Shown: in pieces, positions 35,078-44,529 of the stretch | Position numbering within the stretch: position 1 is the first letter of the stretch | Layout of the letters: each line of letters begins with the position of its first letter | Assembly (NCBI GenBank): GCA_021324735.1 | Contig: JAJPIO010000009.1 | Span: forward strand, 659,341-723,340 | Reading direction: 5' to 3' | DNA length: 64,000 nt | From: Bacteroidota bacterium | GTDB lineage: Bacteria > Bacteroidota > Ignavibacteria > Palsa-1295 | Program-made: the position numbers and the translations under genes | The notes under the pieces: generated by a model | Told to the model about the DNA's origin: nothing | The model's input: only the letters and a program-made list of their open reading frames with translations | The model's database searches: none

Positions 35078-36769
35078 TCATTTTCGTTTTCCAGCTATTG
35101 CAATCCCGATCGCTTGTTTAAGTGATCGGGTCGGATTGTGAGCGGTGACTTCGATCAGAGCAGTATATAGTCCTGGGTTCAATAGTTGACCGTTGTCTCT
35201 TCTGCCATCGAAAGGAATAGCCATTGAACGATACAGCGATGAGACATCAGCCAGCGTTCTTACTACTCTCCCGCGATCGTCAAATAAACGGGCGCGAAGC
35301 GCCCATTCATCATTATCTGTGGTCTGTATGGTTAAAATGCTTTCGTCTTCAAACCCATCGCCATCCGGTGAAAAAGGATTGGGCGAAAAGTGTGCGTTGA
35401 ACGTAGTGGTTATAGTGTCAGGTGAGGGGGCCAAAGTAGAAGCAGAATTTTCTGCGAGCGGCGTACTGCCGGAATCAGCGTGAGAGGCTTGCCAATTGGT
35501 TGCGTCGTTACTCCTCTTGTCTACCTGCTTTCGTTCGAGGGAAATACCGGTAAAGTTATTGCGGACGAGACTTTGTTGCCACGAACCGTAATAATGCAGT
35601 GAGTCGATCATACTCCCATCACCATTATCTAAAACAACATAACAGGAGTCTTTTCCCAAGTCGAGCGATGATCGCCCAAGCGAAAGGGTAGCCGAGCGGT
35701 CCAGCCCCGGATGAACGTGCACAAAAGAATCGTTTGCGGCGATGATCGCGTAGTTATTGGGTTTAACTTGAAACGATGGTAAAACGAAGGAGTAAATAGC
35801 TGGTCGAGAAGAACCGGTCAGCAGGCGCGTAGAATCAAGCGAAATGATCCTCGAAGTTGTATTAAAGAGTTCGATCCATTGGCAATCGCTATCGGAAGGA
35901 TCGAACATGATCTCATTGATGAGGAGGCTATCCTGTGGTATCGATCGATGAAGAGGTACGTGGACGGTATCATTGGAATGACGTTCATCAGTGGGATCAC
36001 AACTATGAGCGAGTGCATCGAACGTCCCATAAAAGTCATTTGGTAATGAAAAGAAGGCTACTATGGAGTCATTCGGCGCTATCGGCTGCATCGATACCCA
36101 CGCTATAGTATCAACTCCAACGAGCAATTTCGCAGAAGGAGCGAAGGCCGTATCGCGACCTCGATTTATGATCTCAATCTGAACGGACGAATCGGTTACA
36201 ACGAGGGTCGAAAGCGCAAGGTCATGCTCCAGGCGACGAACGGAGTTCGGTCGCAAGATGGTAGTTCTCGACGTATCTTCACAGGCCTTCCAATTGGCTG
36301 CGTCAGATCCAGATGCTCTCTCGTCGATCCGCTCGATCGAAATGCCACTTTTCGAGATCCATGAACCATCGTATGTAAGGCTATCGATCAGGTTGCCGCT
36401 GGTATCGCGAAGGCTGATCGATGAGCCGCTGTTGCTCAATTGATTGATCGGTACGTAGATGATCTTATTGCGAGGTATCCTGCGAATGGCGGCGAGCAGG
36501 GAGTCCTTGGAGGTAAGGATCATCATTGAATCCGGCGCTACTCTAGAGCTTCCTTTTGGTATGAACCGTGGATTGTAATGACCAACGACGACGCTCCAGC
36601 CGCTGATGTCTAGCGTGTCCTGGGAGATATTCCACAATTCGATCCACTCCGGCTCGGGACTTACCGGTGCGAACATTACTTCGTTTATAACCAGTCGAGA
36701 TTGGGCGTGGAGTATAGTGCAGGCCGGAAGAAAAAATAATAGGAGAAACGCTCGTCGAAGGGAGGTCAT
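35078..36769 (-). CDS. Secreted protein with two lamin-tail domains (LTD) and FlgD-Ig-like C-terminal domain
   Basis: ORF 35078..36802; the ATG at 36769 gives MTSLRRAFLLLFFLPACTILHAQ. LVINEVMFAPVSPEPEWIELWN and LLINEIMFDPSDSDCQWIELFN are LTD signatures. The C-terminal FSPNPFSPDGDGFEDES...GLYTALIEV is FlgD-Ig-like. Confidence 0.75.
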   Translation of the reverse strand: MTSLRRAFLLLFFLPACTILHAQSRLVINEVMFAPVSPEPEWIELWNISQDTLDISGWSVVVGHYNPRFIPKGSSRVAPDSMMILTSKDSLLAAIRRIPRNKIIYVPINQLSNSGSSISLRDTSGNLIDSLTYDGSWISKSGISIERIDERASGSDAANWKACEDTSRTTILRPNSVRRLEHDLALSTLVVTDSSVQIEIINRGRDTAFAPSAKLLVGVDTIAWVSMQPIAPNDSIVAFFSLPNDFYGTFDALAHSCDPTDERHSNDTVHVPLHRSIPQDSLLINEIMFDPSDSDCQWIELFNTTSRIISLDSTRLLTGSSRPAIYSFVLPSFQVKPNNYAIIAANDSFVHVHPGLDRSATLSLGRSSLDLGKDSCYVVLDNGDGSMIDSLHYYGSWQQSLVRNNFTGISLERKQVDKRSNDATNWQASHADSGSTPLAENSASTLAPSPDTITTTFNAHFSPNPFSPDGDGFEDESILTIQTTDNDEWALRARLFDDRGRVVRTLADVSSLYRSMAIPFDGRRDNGQLLNPGLYTALIEVTAHNPTRSLKQAIGIAIAGKRK

Positions 36770-36922
36770 CGTCGGTGTGTCGAGGGATATGAACCAATAC
36801 AAATATCGCGAAATTAGGGGAATTACCGATGAAATTTAGCTCGGCTATTACTTTGCATTCAGCCCAAGACTTACCATTGCTCACTAGGAACTGAGCGCTC
36901 GCAGACCTGTTAGGGACGGGCA

Positions 36923-38242
36923 ATGTCGAATAAGGTCGTTGAACAGAAAGAAAAGGTCGCCGTCATTACCTTAGGCTGCGAAAAGAATACGGTCGATTCC
37001 GAGGTCATTTCGGGTATGCTCGATAAACGTGGTGTCCGCCTGGAATCTGACGCCGAGCATGCTGACACGGTGATCATCAATACCTGCGGATTTATCGACG
37101 TAGCGAAAAAAGAGTCGATAGATGCGATATTGCAGGCCATCGAACTGAAAAGGCAGGGCGCTATTAAGAAAGTATATGTTGCCGGATGTCTTTCGGAGCG
37201 ATATTATAGCGACCTCAAAGATGAACTGCCGGAGGTCGACCGGTTCTTTGGCACTCAGGATTTTGATAGTATTTTGAAGGCGGTTATTCCTGGCAGCGAA
37301 GAAGATCGCCGCTTAAATCTCCTAGGAGAGCGCCTCGTCTCGACGCCGCGTCACTTTTCTTATCTTAAGATATCTGAAGGCTGCGATCATCCCTGTTCCT
37401 TTTGTGCAATACCGATCATGCGGGGTGGACATCGCTCCCGCTCGATCGAAGAGCTCGAATTCGAAGCAATGATGCTTGCAGGCAGTGGTGCAAAAGAGTT
37501 GGTACTGATCGCGCAGGATTCGACCAATTACGGTCTCGATCTCTATGGCGAGCGGACCCTGGCAACGCTGCTCGAACGACTTGCTCGAATACAGGGTATC
37601 GAATGGATACGAGTGATGTATGCATATCCTGCAAAATTTCCGCTCGACATGCTCGAAGTAATGGCCCGAGAAGAGAAGATCGTAAACTATTTAGATATTC
37701 CGGTCCAACATGCTTCGACAGAGGTACTGAAGTCGATGCGGCGTGGAATAACCCGCCGGGCGACCGAAGAGCTGATTCACACCATACGCGCGCGTGTTCC
37801 TGGTATTGCCCTTCGGACGACACTCATCACTGGGTATCCCGCTGAAGGCGAACGCGAGTTCGAAGAACTCGAGCGGTTCGTTCAGGAGATGCAGTTCGAT
37901 CGGCTCGGTGTCTTTACCTACAGTCAGGAAGAAGGGACGACTGCCGATCCTCTTGGCGATCCGGTGTCTCACGAAGAAAAATTGCGGCGGCAGGCTCGAT
38001 TGTACGACATCCAATCGGAAATATCGCTCGAAAAGAACCAGGCTCTTATTGGTACCGAACAGCGCATTCTGGTTGAGCGAAGGGAAGAGGGTATGTATTA
38101 TGGACGTCTTTCGACTCAAGCGCCCGAGGTAGATGGCGAAGTTGTTATCGCGACGAGTGGAAGCAGCTCTTTAACCATCGGCGAATTTGTAATGGCGCGG
38201 ATCACTGCCGCAACCGAACACGACCTCGAAGCGGTTGTTTGA
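36923..38242 (+). CDS. rimO: Ribosomal protein S12 methylthiotransferase RimO
   Basis: 439 aa. It has the MTTase N domain (VAVITLGCEKNTVDSE...NTCGFI), radical-SAM CDHPCSFC (Cx3Cx2C) and a C-terminal TRAM. The LGC.KN..DSE N-terminus is RimO-like rather than MiaB-like. Confidence 0.85.
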   Translation: MSNKVVEQKEKVAVITLGCEKNTVDSEVISGMLDKRGVRLESDAEHADTVIINTCGFIDVAKKESIDAILQAIELKRQGAIKKVYVAGCLSERYYSDLKDELPEVDRFFGTQDFDSILKAVIPGSEEDRRLNLLGERLVSTPRHFSYLKISEGCDHPCSFCAIPIMRGGHRSRSIEELEFEAMMLAGSGAKELVLIAQDSTNYGLDLYGERTLATLLERLARIQGIEWIRVMYAYPAKFPLDMLEVMAREEKIVNYLDIPVQHASTEVLKSMRRGITRRATEELIHTIRARVPGIALRTTLITGYPAEGEREFEELERFVQEMQFDRLGVFTYSQEEGTTADPLGDPVSHEEKLRRQARLYDIQSEISLEKNQALIGTEQRILVERREEGMYYGRLSTQAPEVDGEVVIATSGSSSLTIGEFVMARITAATEHDLEAVV

Positions 38243-38295
38243 TATGTGAGCGAGGCAGCGACTCATCGTTTGCCCTGGTCGCGTGCTTCAAACCT

Positions 38296-39672
38296 ATGCG
38301 GCGTTTGCCAATCATAGCAATATTGTGTATTCTCGCAGCGACCACGGCCGTCGCACAGCGTAGTTTCATTCCTCGTCCGGAAGTACCTCAGCACCGCCCA
38401 GCCTTCGATTTCTTTTCTTCTAAAGCGGCTACCAGCGATAGTACTCGAGTCGATCTCTATATTGCTGTTCCATATTCCTATCTCGAGTTTTTATATGCGG
38501 TCGATAAATATGTTGCTACCTATGCTGTAGGCGTGCAGGTAACAGATAAAGAACATCTGATAGTAGATCAATATCAGATGTTCTCTGCTGTTGAGGGGAA
38601 TTCCCAACATCGCGATCGGATGAATTCTCACGTGGAACATGCCGATGCCGAGCAAATGTCCTTCGCTCTCTGGCCTGGAAAAACTTATCAATTGCGGCTT
38701 ACCATTCGCGATCTTACGTCACGACGTGAGATGGACACAACGCTCGAATTTACCGTAAAGGACTTCACGAACTCTAAGCCTGCCATGAGTGATATTTTAT
38801 TATATCGCTCGAGACATGGAATGCGCATCGTACCTGCGATCGGTGGTGATGTATCGGTACTTAACGATCAAGCTGGTATCTTTGCACAATTGTATAATGT
38901 ACCTTCAAATACGGCGTTGGGATTGGTGACGGAAGTGTTCAATACCAAGAATGGTGAAATAACGAACGAGCGTATCGCCTTGCGCTCGACGTCGATCATT
39001 GAAACACCAGCAGTGAAGGACAGTGCATATACCGCTCCGCCAGTGACCACTTTGCCGCTTTTTCAGTCGATCTCGTTTAAAGATCTTTGGACGGGAGAAT
39101 ATCGCCTTCGGACATATGTTCTCCCTTCTGCGCTCGATACCGCTCTTACGGATCCTCGCGATCTGAATACGCGAGCGCTCACGTGGAGTGAACGGCCAAT
39201 AACCGTGCGTGGATTTCGAGGTATACCGATCGCCACTTCTGATCTTGACGAGGCTATCGAGCAACTACAACTCATCGCTACGGGGAGCGAGTGGGATTCG
39301 CTATCCATCGCCTCGACCGCAAAAGAAAAGCGAGATGCTATCCTCGACTTTTGGCACAAGCGTAATCCGCAACGGGATGCGATCGACAATCGGCCAATGC
39401 AAGTGTTCTATGCACGCGTGGAATACGCCAACGAACATTTTAGCTCCGGATTTCAACCGGGATGGAAGAGCGATCGAGGACGCGTGTATATTGCATTAGG
39501 GTCGCCGGACTATGTCGATAGCCACCCTTACGAAGCAATGCAACAACCGTATGAAGTATGGCAATACAGCCGGTTTCACGCCAGTTACCGGTTTGTCGAT
39601 CAATATATGCTGGGGGATTACCGATTAGTAGGCGTAGGCCCTCTTAACGGCACATTCGTTTGGGATCAATAA
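38296..39672 (+). CDS. GWxTD domain-containing secreted protein
   Basis: ORF 38239..39672; the ATG at 38296 gives MRRLPIIAILCILAATTAVAQ. The C-terminal region FWHKRNP....N....FYARVEYANEHF....GWKSDRGRVYIALGSPD matches the GWxTD domain (TIGR04514-type) pattern. Confidence 0.7.
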   Translation: MRRLPIIAILCILAATTAVAQRSFIPRPEVPQHRPAFDFFSSKAATSDSTRVDLYIAVPYSYLEFLYAVDKYVATYAVGVQVTDKEHLIVDQYQMFSAVEGNSQHRDRMNSHVEHADAEQMSFALWPGKTYQLRLTIRDLTSRREMDTTLEFTVKDFTNSKPAMSDILLYRSRHGMRIVPAIGGDVSVLNDQAGIFAQLYNVPSNTALGLVTEVFNTKNGEITNERIALRSTSIIETPAVKDSAYTAPPVTTLPLFQSISFKDLWTGEYRLRTYVLPSALDTALTDPRDLNTRALTWSERPITVRGFRGIPIATSDLDEAIEQLQLIATGSEWDSLSIASTAKEKRDAILDFWHKRNPQRDAIDNRPMQVFYARVEYANEHFSSGFQPGWKSDRGRVYIALGSPDYVDSHPYEAMQQPYEVWQYSRFHASYRFVDQYMLGDYRLVGVGPLNGTFVWDQ

Positions 39673-39673
39673 T

Positions 39674-40813
39674 TTGATGCAGGATAAACTTCTCGTCATC
39701 ACGTTGCCTTTTCCGGGTGTTTGGAATGCCCCGGAGGCTGCTTCGCAACTGACTCGCGTTATTCGTTCGCACGATCGTTCGCTTCGCAACGATCAGGTCG
39801 TCCAGCTCCCGTTGGTTGATGGCTGCACGGGTACGATCGACTTTCTCGTCACACACTCCCTTGGCTCCTTCCTGGAAGTAGAAGCTTCGGATGCGAGAGG
39901 GGACGATGCGGTCGTACCGATCGGCTTTGCCGGAGAAGGTGGAAAGCTTGCAGTGATCGAAATGCCTCGTGTTGCTGCCGTCCAGAAAGTAGGAGAGCCT
40001 GGCACGACCAAAGGGATCGGCGAACTCATTATGGATTCGCTCGATGAAGGAGCGTTCTCTATCTTGCTTGGGCATGAAGAACCACTTGCATGTGATGCCG
40101 GATTAGGCGCTGCCAGTGCACTGGGTGTTCGGTTCTATGACAGCGATAATAAGGAGTTGCCCGTAGGGCTCATTGGCATTCCATTATCGAATATTTCCCG
40201 CATTGATGCCACGGGAAAAAGCTTTGCACTGCTAAGTTCGCGTATTTATATTGCCCGTTGCGGTTCTGTTAAAGAACATCCTGCAAGTGATGAGCTAAAA
40301 CAGGAATTAGAGCGATTGGCGGAGATCATTCGCCGCGATGTTGGCATTCCGGCACCCATCGTAAATCCGAGTGCAAGTGCTATTGAATTTGGCTTAGGAG
40401 CCTTGTTGGGTGCGGAAAGCCAAAATGGAATGGATCTGGTATTGGAAGCAGCGCAGATAAAGCAAGCGATCGAACGCGAGGAGTTCGTTAACGCTATCAT
40501 ACTGTCGCCTTCTGTGGACGGGATCGAATTAAACGGTCTTGGAGAGCTTGTTCATGCACTCGCAAAGCATACGAAGCATACAGCCGTTATTGTAAATGAA
40601 GCTCTGCCGAAATCCTGGAAGCCATCTGTCGGTAAGGGATACTCGCTGCAGGAGGTCCAGCTCTTTCAGCCTCCGTTAACAGCAAATTCGGGTGCGGATG
40701 AAGTACGCAGAAATCTTGCAATGAGAATGGAAAAGCTTCTCCCGATCATTTTGGAGAGCTTTGCCAAGCGTTCTTCCGGGCGGTCGAAACCTTCTCAGAG
40801 TGGCCATGCGTAA
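39674..40813 (+). CDS. Glycerate kinase-like protein (divergent)
   Basis: 379 aa. The length and layout match glycerate kinases: LLVITLPFPGV..A.EAA......(N30)..LPLVDGCTGTIDFLV versus the canonical I.APDSFKgS.sA.e.a.....P.ADGGEGT.dal. The GGEGT motif is altered, so function is uncertain. Confidence 0.4.
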   Translation: MMQDKLLVITLPFPGVWNAPEAASQLTRVIRSHDRSLRNDQVVQLPLVDGCTGTIDFLVTHSLGSFLEVEASDARGDDAVVPIGFAGEGGKLAVIEMPRVAAVQKVGEPGTTKGIGELIMDSLDEGAFSILLGHEEPLACDAGLGAASALGVRFYDSDNKELPVGLIGIPLSNISRIDATGKSFALLSSRIYIARCGSVKEHPASDELKQELERLAEIIRRDVGIPAPIVNPSASAIEFGLGALLGAESQNGMDLVLEAAQIKQAIEREEFVNAIILSPSVDGIELNGLGELVHALAKHTKHTAVIVNEALPKSWKPSVGKGYSLQEVQLFQPPLTANSGADEVRRNLAMRMEKLLPIILESFAKRSSGRSKPSQSGHA

Positions 40814-41480
40814 GCTGGTGCTGCTCCTTGGGCTTGTGCTTGCCGGTTGTGCTTCGACGGTTCCTTCTAATGATCCCTTTGGCCTCAACGGGGCCGCGGA
40901 GCGAGCCCATAACACGATCCCGCTTCCTTTTTCTCTTCTCATACCAGAAGGTATTCGACTCGGGTACGATATGCGTGCATACATTGCCAGTCCGGAATTT
41001 GGCTCGTTCGATTCAAGCATACCAGCGGAAGCTGCCTTCAACGAGATCTATTATCAGGCCCTGGAGTATTCCCATGATGATCTTCCGGTTGCATTTCTGG
41101 CTGCGTCGTTTGGATCGTTCGAACATGAGAATATTCCTCTGGCATTATTCCATATTAAGATCCCGCTGACCAGTGAGCAACACGCGCGTTTCTTGCTGAG
41201 ATGGTCGCATATTCCAGCGCACCTGTATCATATAGAAGAATTGGATCGCGATAAGCCTCAGCATTTTTTTGCAAGCGCCTGGCTGAAATCCGCGTTTGGA
41301 ATGAACTGGCTGGCAGAGTTAGGCGGGATAGCGGTTGAGGTGGGAGAGAGCTTGTTTGTGGAAGGTGGCTCGATCGATCCACGCGATCTGCATGCTAACC
41401 GGGATGGAATTCACTTTGCCAAAAAAGCAGAAGGAGACCCGTTAGAGCCTCCTTCCAGATCGCTTACGAAAAATCCTTAA
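40806..41480 (+). CDS. Hypothetical lipoprotein
   Basis: ORF 40761..41480; the ATG at 40806 gives MRKLVLLLGLVLAGCAS (lipobox). The start overlaps the stop of the previous gene (ATGCGTAA). Confidence 0.6.
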   Translation: MRKLVLLLGLVLAGCASTVPSNDPFGLNGAAERAHNTIPLPFSLLIPEGIRLGYDMRAYIASPEFGSFDSSIPAEAAFNEIYYQALEYSHDDLPVAFLAASFGSFEHENIPLALFHIKIPLTSEQHARFLLRWSHIPAHLYHIEELDRDKPQHFFASAWLKSAFGMNWLAELGGIAVEVGESLFVEGGSIDPRDLHANRDGIHFAKKAEGDPLEPPSRSLTKNP

Positions 41481-41483
41481 AGT

Positions 41484-43619
41484 CTATCGCTGGGGAATGC
41501 GGTAATCTACGATCTTCGCTTTTGCTTTTTGCTTGTCCATCCAATCGAGGAGCATGCGTTGTTCGCGCTCCTGAAAGATCGTTCTAACAATGTTCGGTTT
41601 TGCTGTCTCGAATTCCTTCTGAGAGGGAATATTGCGACCCATAAGCTTGGCAATATAATAACCATGCTCGCCTTTGAGTGGCGGACTTACCGATCCCGGT
41701 TGAGCGGAATATGCCCAGTTATTGATCACGTACTCACCAGTGGGTATGCCGTTAACCGATTCCGCCGGTCCCATCACGACCGTGACTGGCGTAAGCGAGG
41801 CATCGCCGCTGGCCGCAGCCACGGCTGCAAGGTCGCCGTTCGGGCCGATCTGTGCGGCCAATTGTTTCGCGCGCGGCGCCATGGATGCAACTGCCTGTTT
41901 CATTGCAACGGCTTCCTGCACTCTCGATTTTACTTCTTCTAACGGTTGAGGTCCGGCTGGTAACACTTCGGTAAGTTGTGCCACCATCATCATGTGCTGC
42001 TTCGACATTTTTAGCGCCGGCGAAACATCACCTTGGGAAGCCGAGAAGAGCCAATCAACGAAGAGATGACTACCAAAAATTGGCGTACCTTTTTGCTCGG
42101 CCGGAGGTGCATCGGAATACACACGATAGCCGGCAGCTTTTGCCGCTTCGTCGAATCCATTCTTCGCTGCTTGCTCGCGGAAGATATTCGCCATCTGTGT
42201 CTCCATCAGCGTAGTCTGATGGCTGGGCTTGATCAAAAGCGGCACACCGACGATATCCCAGGCGCGGTGCGTTGCTCCCATTACTTCGAGAATATCGTAG
42301 CCACGAGGCGTCTCGAACGGTCCGACCACCTCACCGAACTTTGCCTGCGCTGCTTCGGCGCGCACAGCTTTCGGGAATACGCCGGTATCGAGCCAGCCCA
42401 TATCACCACCTTTGCTGGCGGAATGGAGATCGGTCGAATGCTGCTCCGCGAGTTTTGCGAAGTCCGCGCCTGCTTTGATCTGCGCAACGAGTTGGTCCGC
42501 AACGGCTTTCGTACTATCGCGCTGTTGCTGGCTCGGGCCACCTTGCACTGGTGGGAAACCAACTTCGATATGGCGAACGCGATAGAGCGGTATCGCCGTA
42601 TCCATGATCGATAAAACGCGAAGAGGTGTAAGGCGTCCCATTACCGTGGCAATGGCCGCATCACCCGGTTTCGTATTCATCAACGAAGTGTCGTTCACCA
42701 ACTCGTGCATGGTAATGACGTGACGAGGCATATAGGGCAGGTCACTGTAATCCTGCGCTAACTCTTTCGCGACCGTATCGACGGTATTGAGGGAAGCTTC
42801 CGCAAGTCGCGCTTTAATGGTGTTGGCCGTCTCCATAGCAAGGGCCGAATCACGGGCATTCGGCGTAAAGGGGAAGGCTACAAATTTAAATTTCCGCTGG
42901 TCGTCGCGCTTGTATAGCCACGAATGTGAATCGTAATACGCTTGTGCATCCTGCTGCGAGACCTGTGATATCTGCTGTGGTGTTGGCTGAGGCGGCACGA
43001 ACTTGATCACCTGGACCATCGCCTTCGCGCTGTCCGTCATAAAGCGAATGTATGCTTCCGTGTCCGTTACACGAACGGTGCTAACCATCGCTTCCTGCCA
43101 TTTTACATGGAGGATGTTATCTCGCGTTTGGGCCTCTAAGATGCGAACGATCGAATCGTTTCGCGGATCGCGAAGCTGCTTGATGTAAACATCCTGATGG
43201 AACTGCCCGAGCGAATCGGTAAATTGCTGACGAATTTCCGCCGGAGGGTTACTGAACAGAGCATCGCGAACTTCCTGGTCGGTGACCGTAATGCCCATTT
43301 TCTCGATACTCCGGTTCATAAGGGCCTGAGAGATTGCTTGGTCCCAGGCATTCTCGGAAATATCTTCTTCTTCCGTTTCGGTTAAGTTCGTCTTCTTTTC
43401 CTTCGCTTTGGCTTGGGCGATCAGCGACTCATAGATCTGATTATAGTCCTTATTCGTGATCTTATACCCATTGACCGTACCGAGGGTCTCGGCGTCGCCT
43501 TTGGGAGAGAAGATGGTGCCTTGGCCACCCCATTCAAAAATGATCATGAGAAGGAAGATGCCCGCGAGCACGGCGAAGACCACCGGCATCGAATCGCGCA
43601 TCTTTGTCATTACTGGCAT
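41484..43619 (-). CDS. Periplasmic chaperone / peptidyl-prolyl isomerase, PpiD-like
   Basis: 711 aa. N-terminal anchor MRDSMPVVFAVLAGIFLLMIIFEWG, a SurA_N-like region, and a parvulin domain (RVRHIEV...GADFAKLAEQHSTD..SASKGGDMGWL....P..V......A..GEVVGPFETPRGYDILEV). Confidence 0.8.
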   Translation of the reverse strand: MPVMTKMRDSMPVVFAVLAGIFLLMIIFEWGGQGTIFSPKGDAETLGTVNGYKITNKDYNQIYESLIAQAKAKEKKTNLTETEEEDISENAWDQAISQALMNRSIEKMGITVTDQEVRDALFSNPPAEIRQQFTDSLGQFHQDVYIKQLRDPRNDSIVRILEAQTRDNILHVKWQEAMVSTVRVTDTEAYIRFMTDSAKAMVQVIKFVPPQPTPQQISQVSQQDAQAYYDSHSWLYKRDDQRKFKFVAFPFTPNARDSALAMETANTIKARLAEASLNTVDTVAKELAQDYSDLPYMPRHVITMHELVNDTSLMNTKPGDAAIATVMGRLTPLRVLSIMDTAIPLYRVRHIEVGFPPVQGGPSQQQRDSTKAVADQLVAQIKAGADFAKLAEQHSTDLHSASKGGDMGWLDTGVFPKAVRAEAAQAKFGEVVGPFETPRGYDILEVMGATHRAWDIVGVPLLIKPSHQTTLMETQMANIFREQAAKNGFDEAAKAAGYRVYSDAPPAEQKGTPIFGSHLFVDWLFSASQGDVSPALKMSKQHMMMVAQLTEVLPAGPQPLEEVKSRVQEAVAMKQAVASMAPRAKQLAAQIGPNGDLAAVAAASGDASLTPVTVVMGPAESVNGIPTGEYVINNWAYSAQPGSVSPPLKGEHGYYIAKLMGRNIPSQKEFETAKPNIVRTIFQEREQRMLLDWMDKQKAKAKIVDYRIPQR

Positions 43620-43861
43620 AGGATCGAACTTTCCGTCGTTAGATTAAAAGCGTAAAAAAGGACGTAGAGCCTAAAAATTGACCGACATCCACACGAATGA
43701 GCGAAAACTGTAGTCCGAACGAGCAGCCAATCCTTCGCTACGCCTGGGGATACGGCCACTGTTTGGCTTGCGACTCCTTCGAAGCGACTTTGAACAGCGA
43801 ATACGAACGGAAAAGTGCGGATTTTTTGTGCTTTTTGACTCGGAAAATGAGCCGGATTTGG

Positions 43862-44506
43862 CTATTCCGCTTCGATGGAATGAAGCGGATCGGACGGTAG
43901 GTCGCGCGTGTAGAGTGCCTCCAAAAGATCGAACAGCCGCTCACCTCGTTCACGAAATTCTTTTTCGGTGCCGGTATTTTCTATGACAAAATCGGCTTCG
44001 TCGCGCAGTTTGGGATCGTAAGCCTGTTCTGCGAGACGAGCCTTAGCATCCGCTTCAGACATTTGACGATTCTCAAGGACTCGCTTTAACGCCACATCGT
44101 CTGGAGTGTCGACGAGAATAATGTAATCGAAGATGGCGCCGAATCGGGTTTGAAGAATAAGTGCTGATTCGACGACGATCGGCTGACCGGGCGGGAGCTT
44201 CTCGATCATCTTTTCGATCGCCTCGGACGTCGCTGGATGAACAACAGCCTCCACTTGTTCCCGAAGAGCACTATCATGGAAGATCTTCGAGGCGACGAAC
44301 GCCCGGTCGAGTGTGCCGTTCTTGTATGTTTCAGGACCAAGAATTCGAGCGAGTTTAGCGCGGAGCTTCGGGTCGCTCTCCATTAATTGTTTAGCGAGAT
44401 CGTCGGAGCGGACGACAGGGATCGCTCGCGCTTCGGCAAGCCGAATAAGCGTCGACTTGCCGCTGCCCAGCTTACCAGTAATTCCTATTCGTATGGGGCG
44501 ATGCAC
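43862..44506 (-). CDS. coaE: Dephospho-CoA kinase
   Basis: 214 aa. IGITGKLGSGKST is the P-loop, and VVRSDDLAK......(VHP)....I....(VESALI) follows the CoaE layout. Confidence 0.85.
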   Translation of the reverse strand: MHRPIRIGITGKLGSGKSTLIRLAEARAIPVVRSDDLAKQLMESDPKLRAKLARILGPETYKNGTLDRAFVASKIFHDSALREQVEAVVHPATSEAIEKMIEKLPPGQPIVVESALILQTRFGAIFDYIILVDTPDDVALKRVLENRQMSEADAKARLAEQAYDPKLRDEADFVIENTGTEKEFRERGERLFDLLEALYTRDLPSDPLHSIEAE

Positions 44507-44529
44507 GAAACGTATAACACCGAATAATG

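Noticed and set aside
43620-43861. Small ORFs (43697..43900, 43738..43953, 43768..43986) between coaE and the PpiD-like gene
   Set aside because: They overlap each other on both strands, have no motifs, and partly run into coaE. The region is treated as the PpiD-like gene's promoter/leader.
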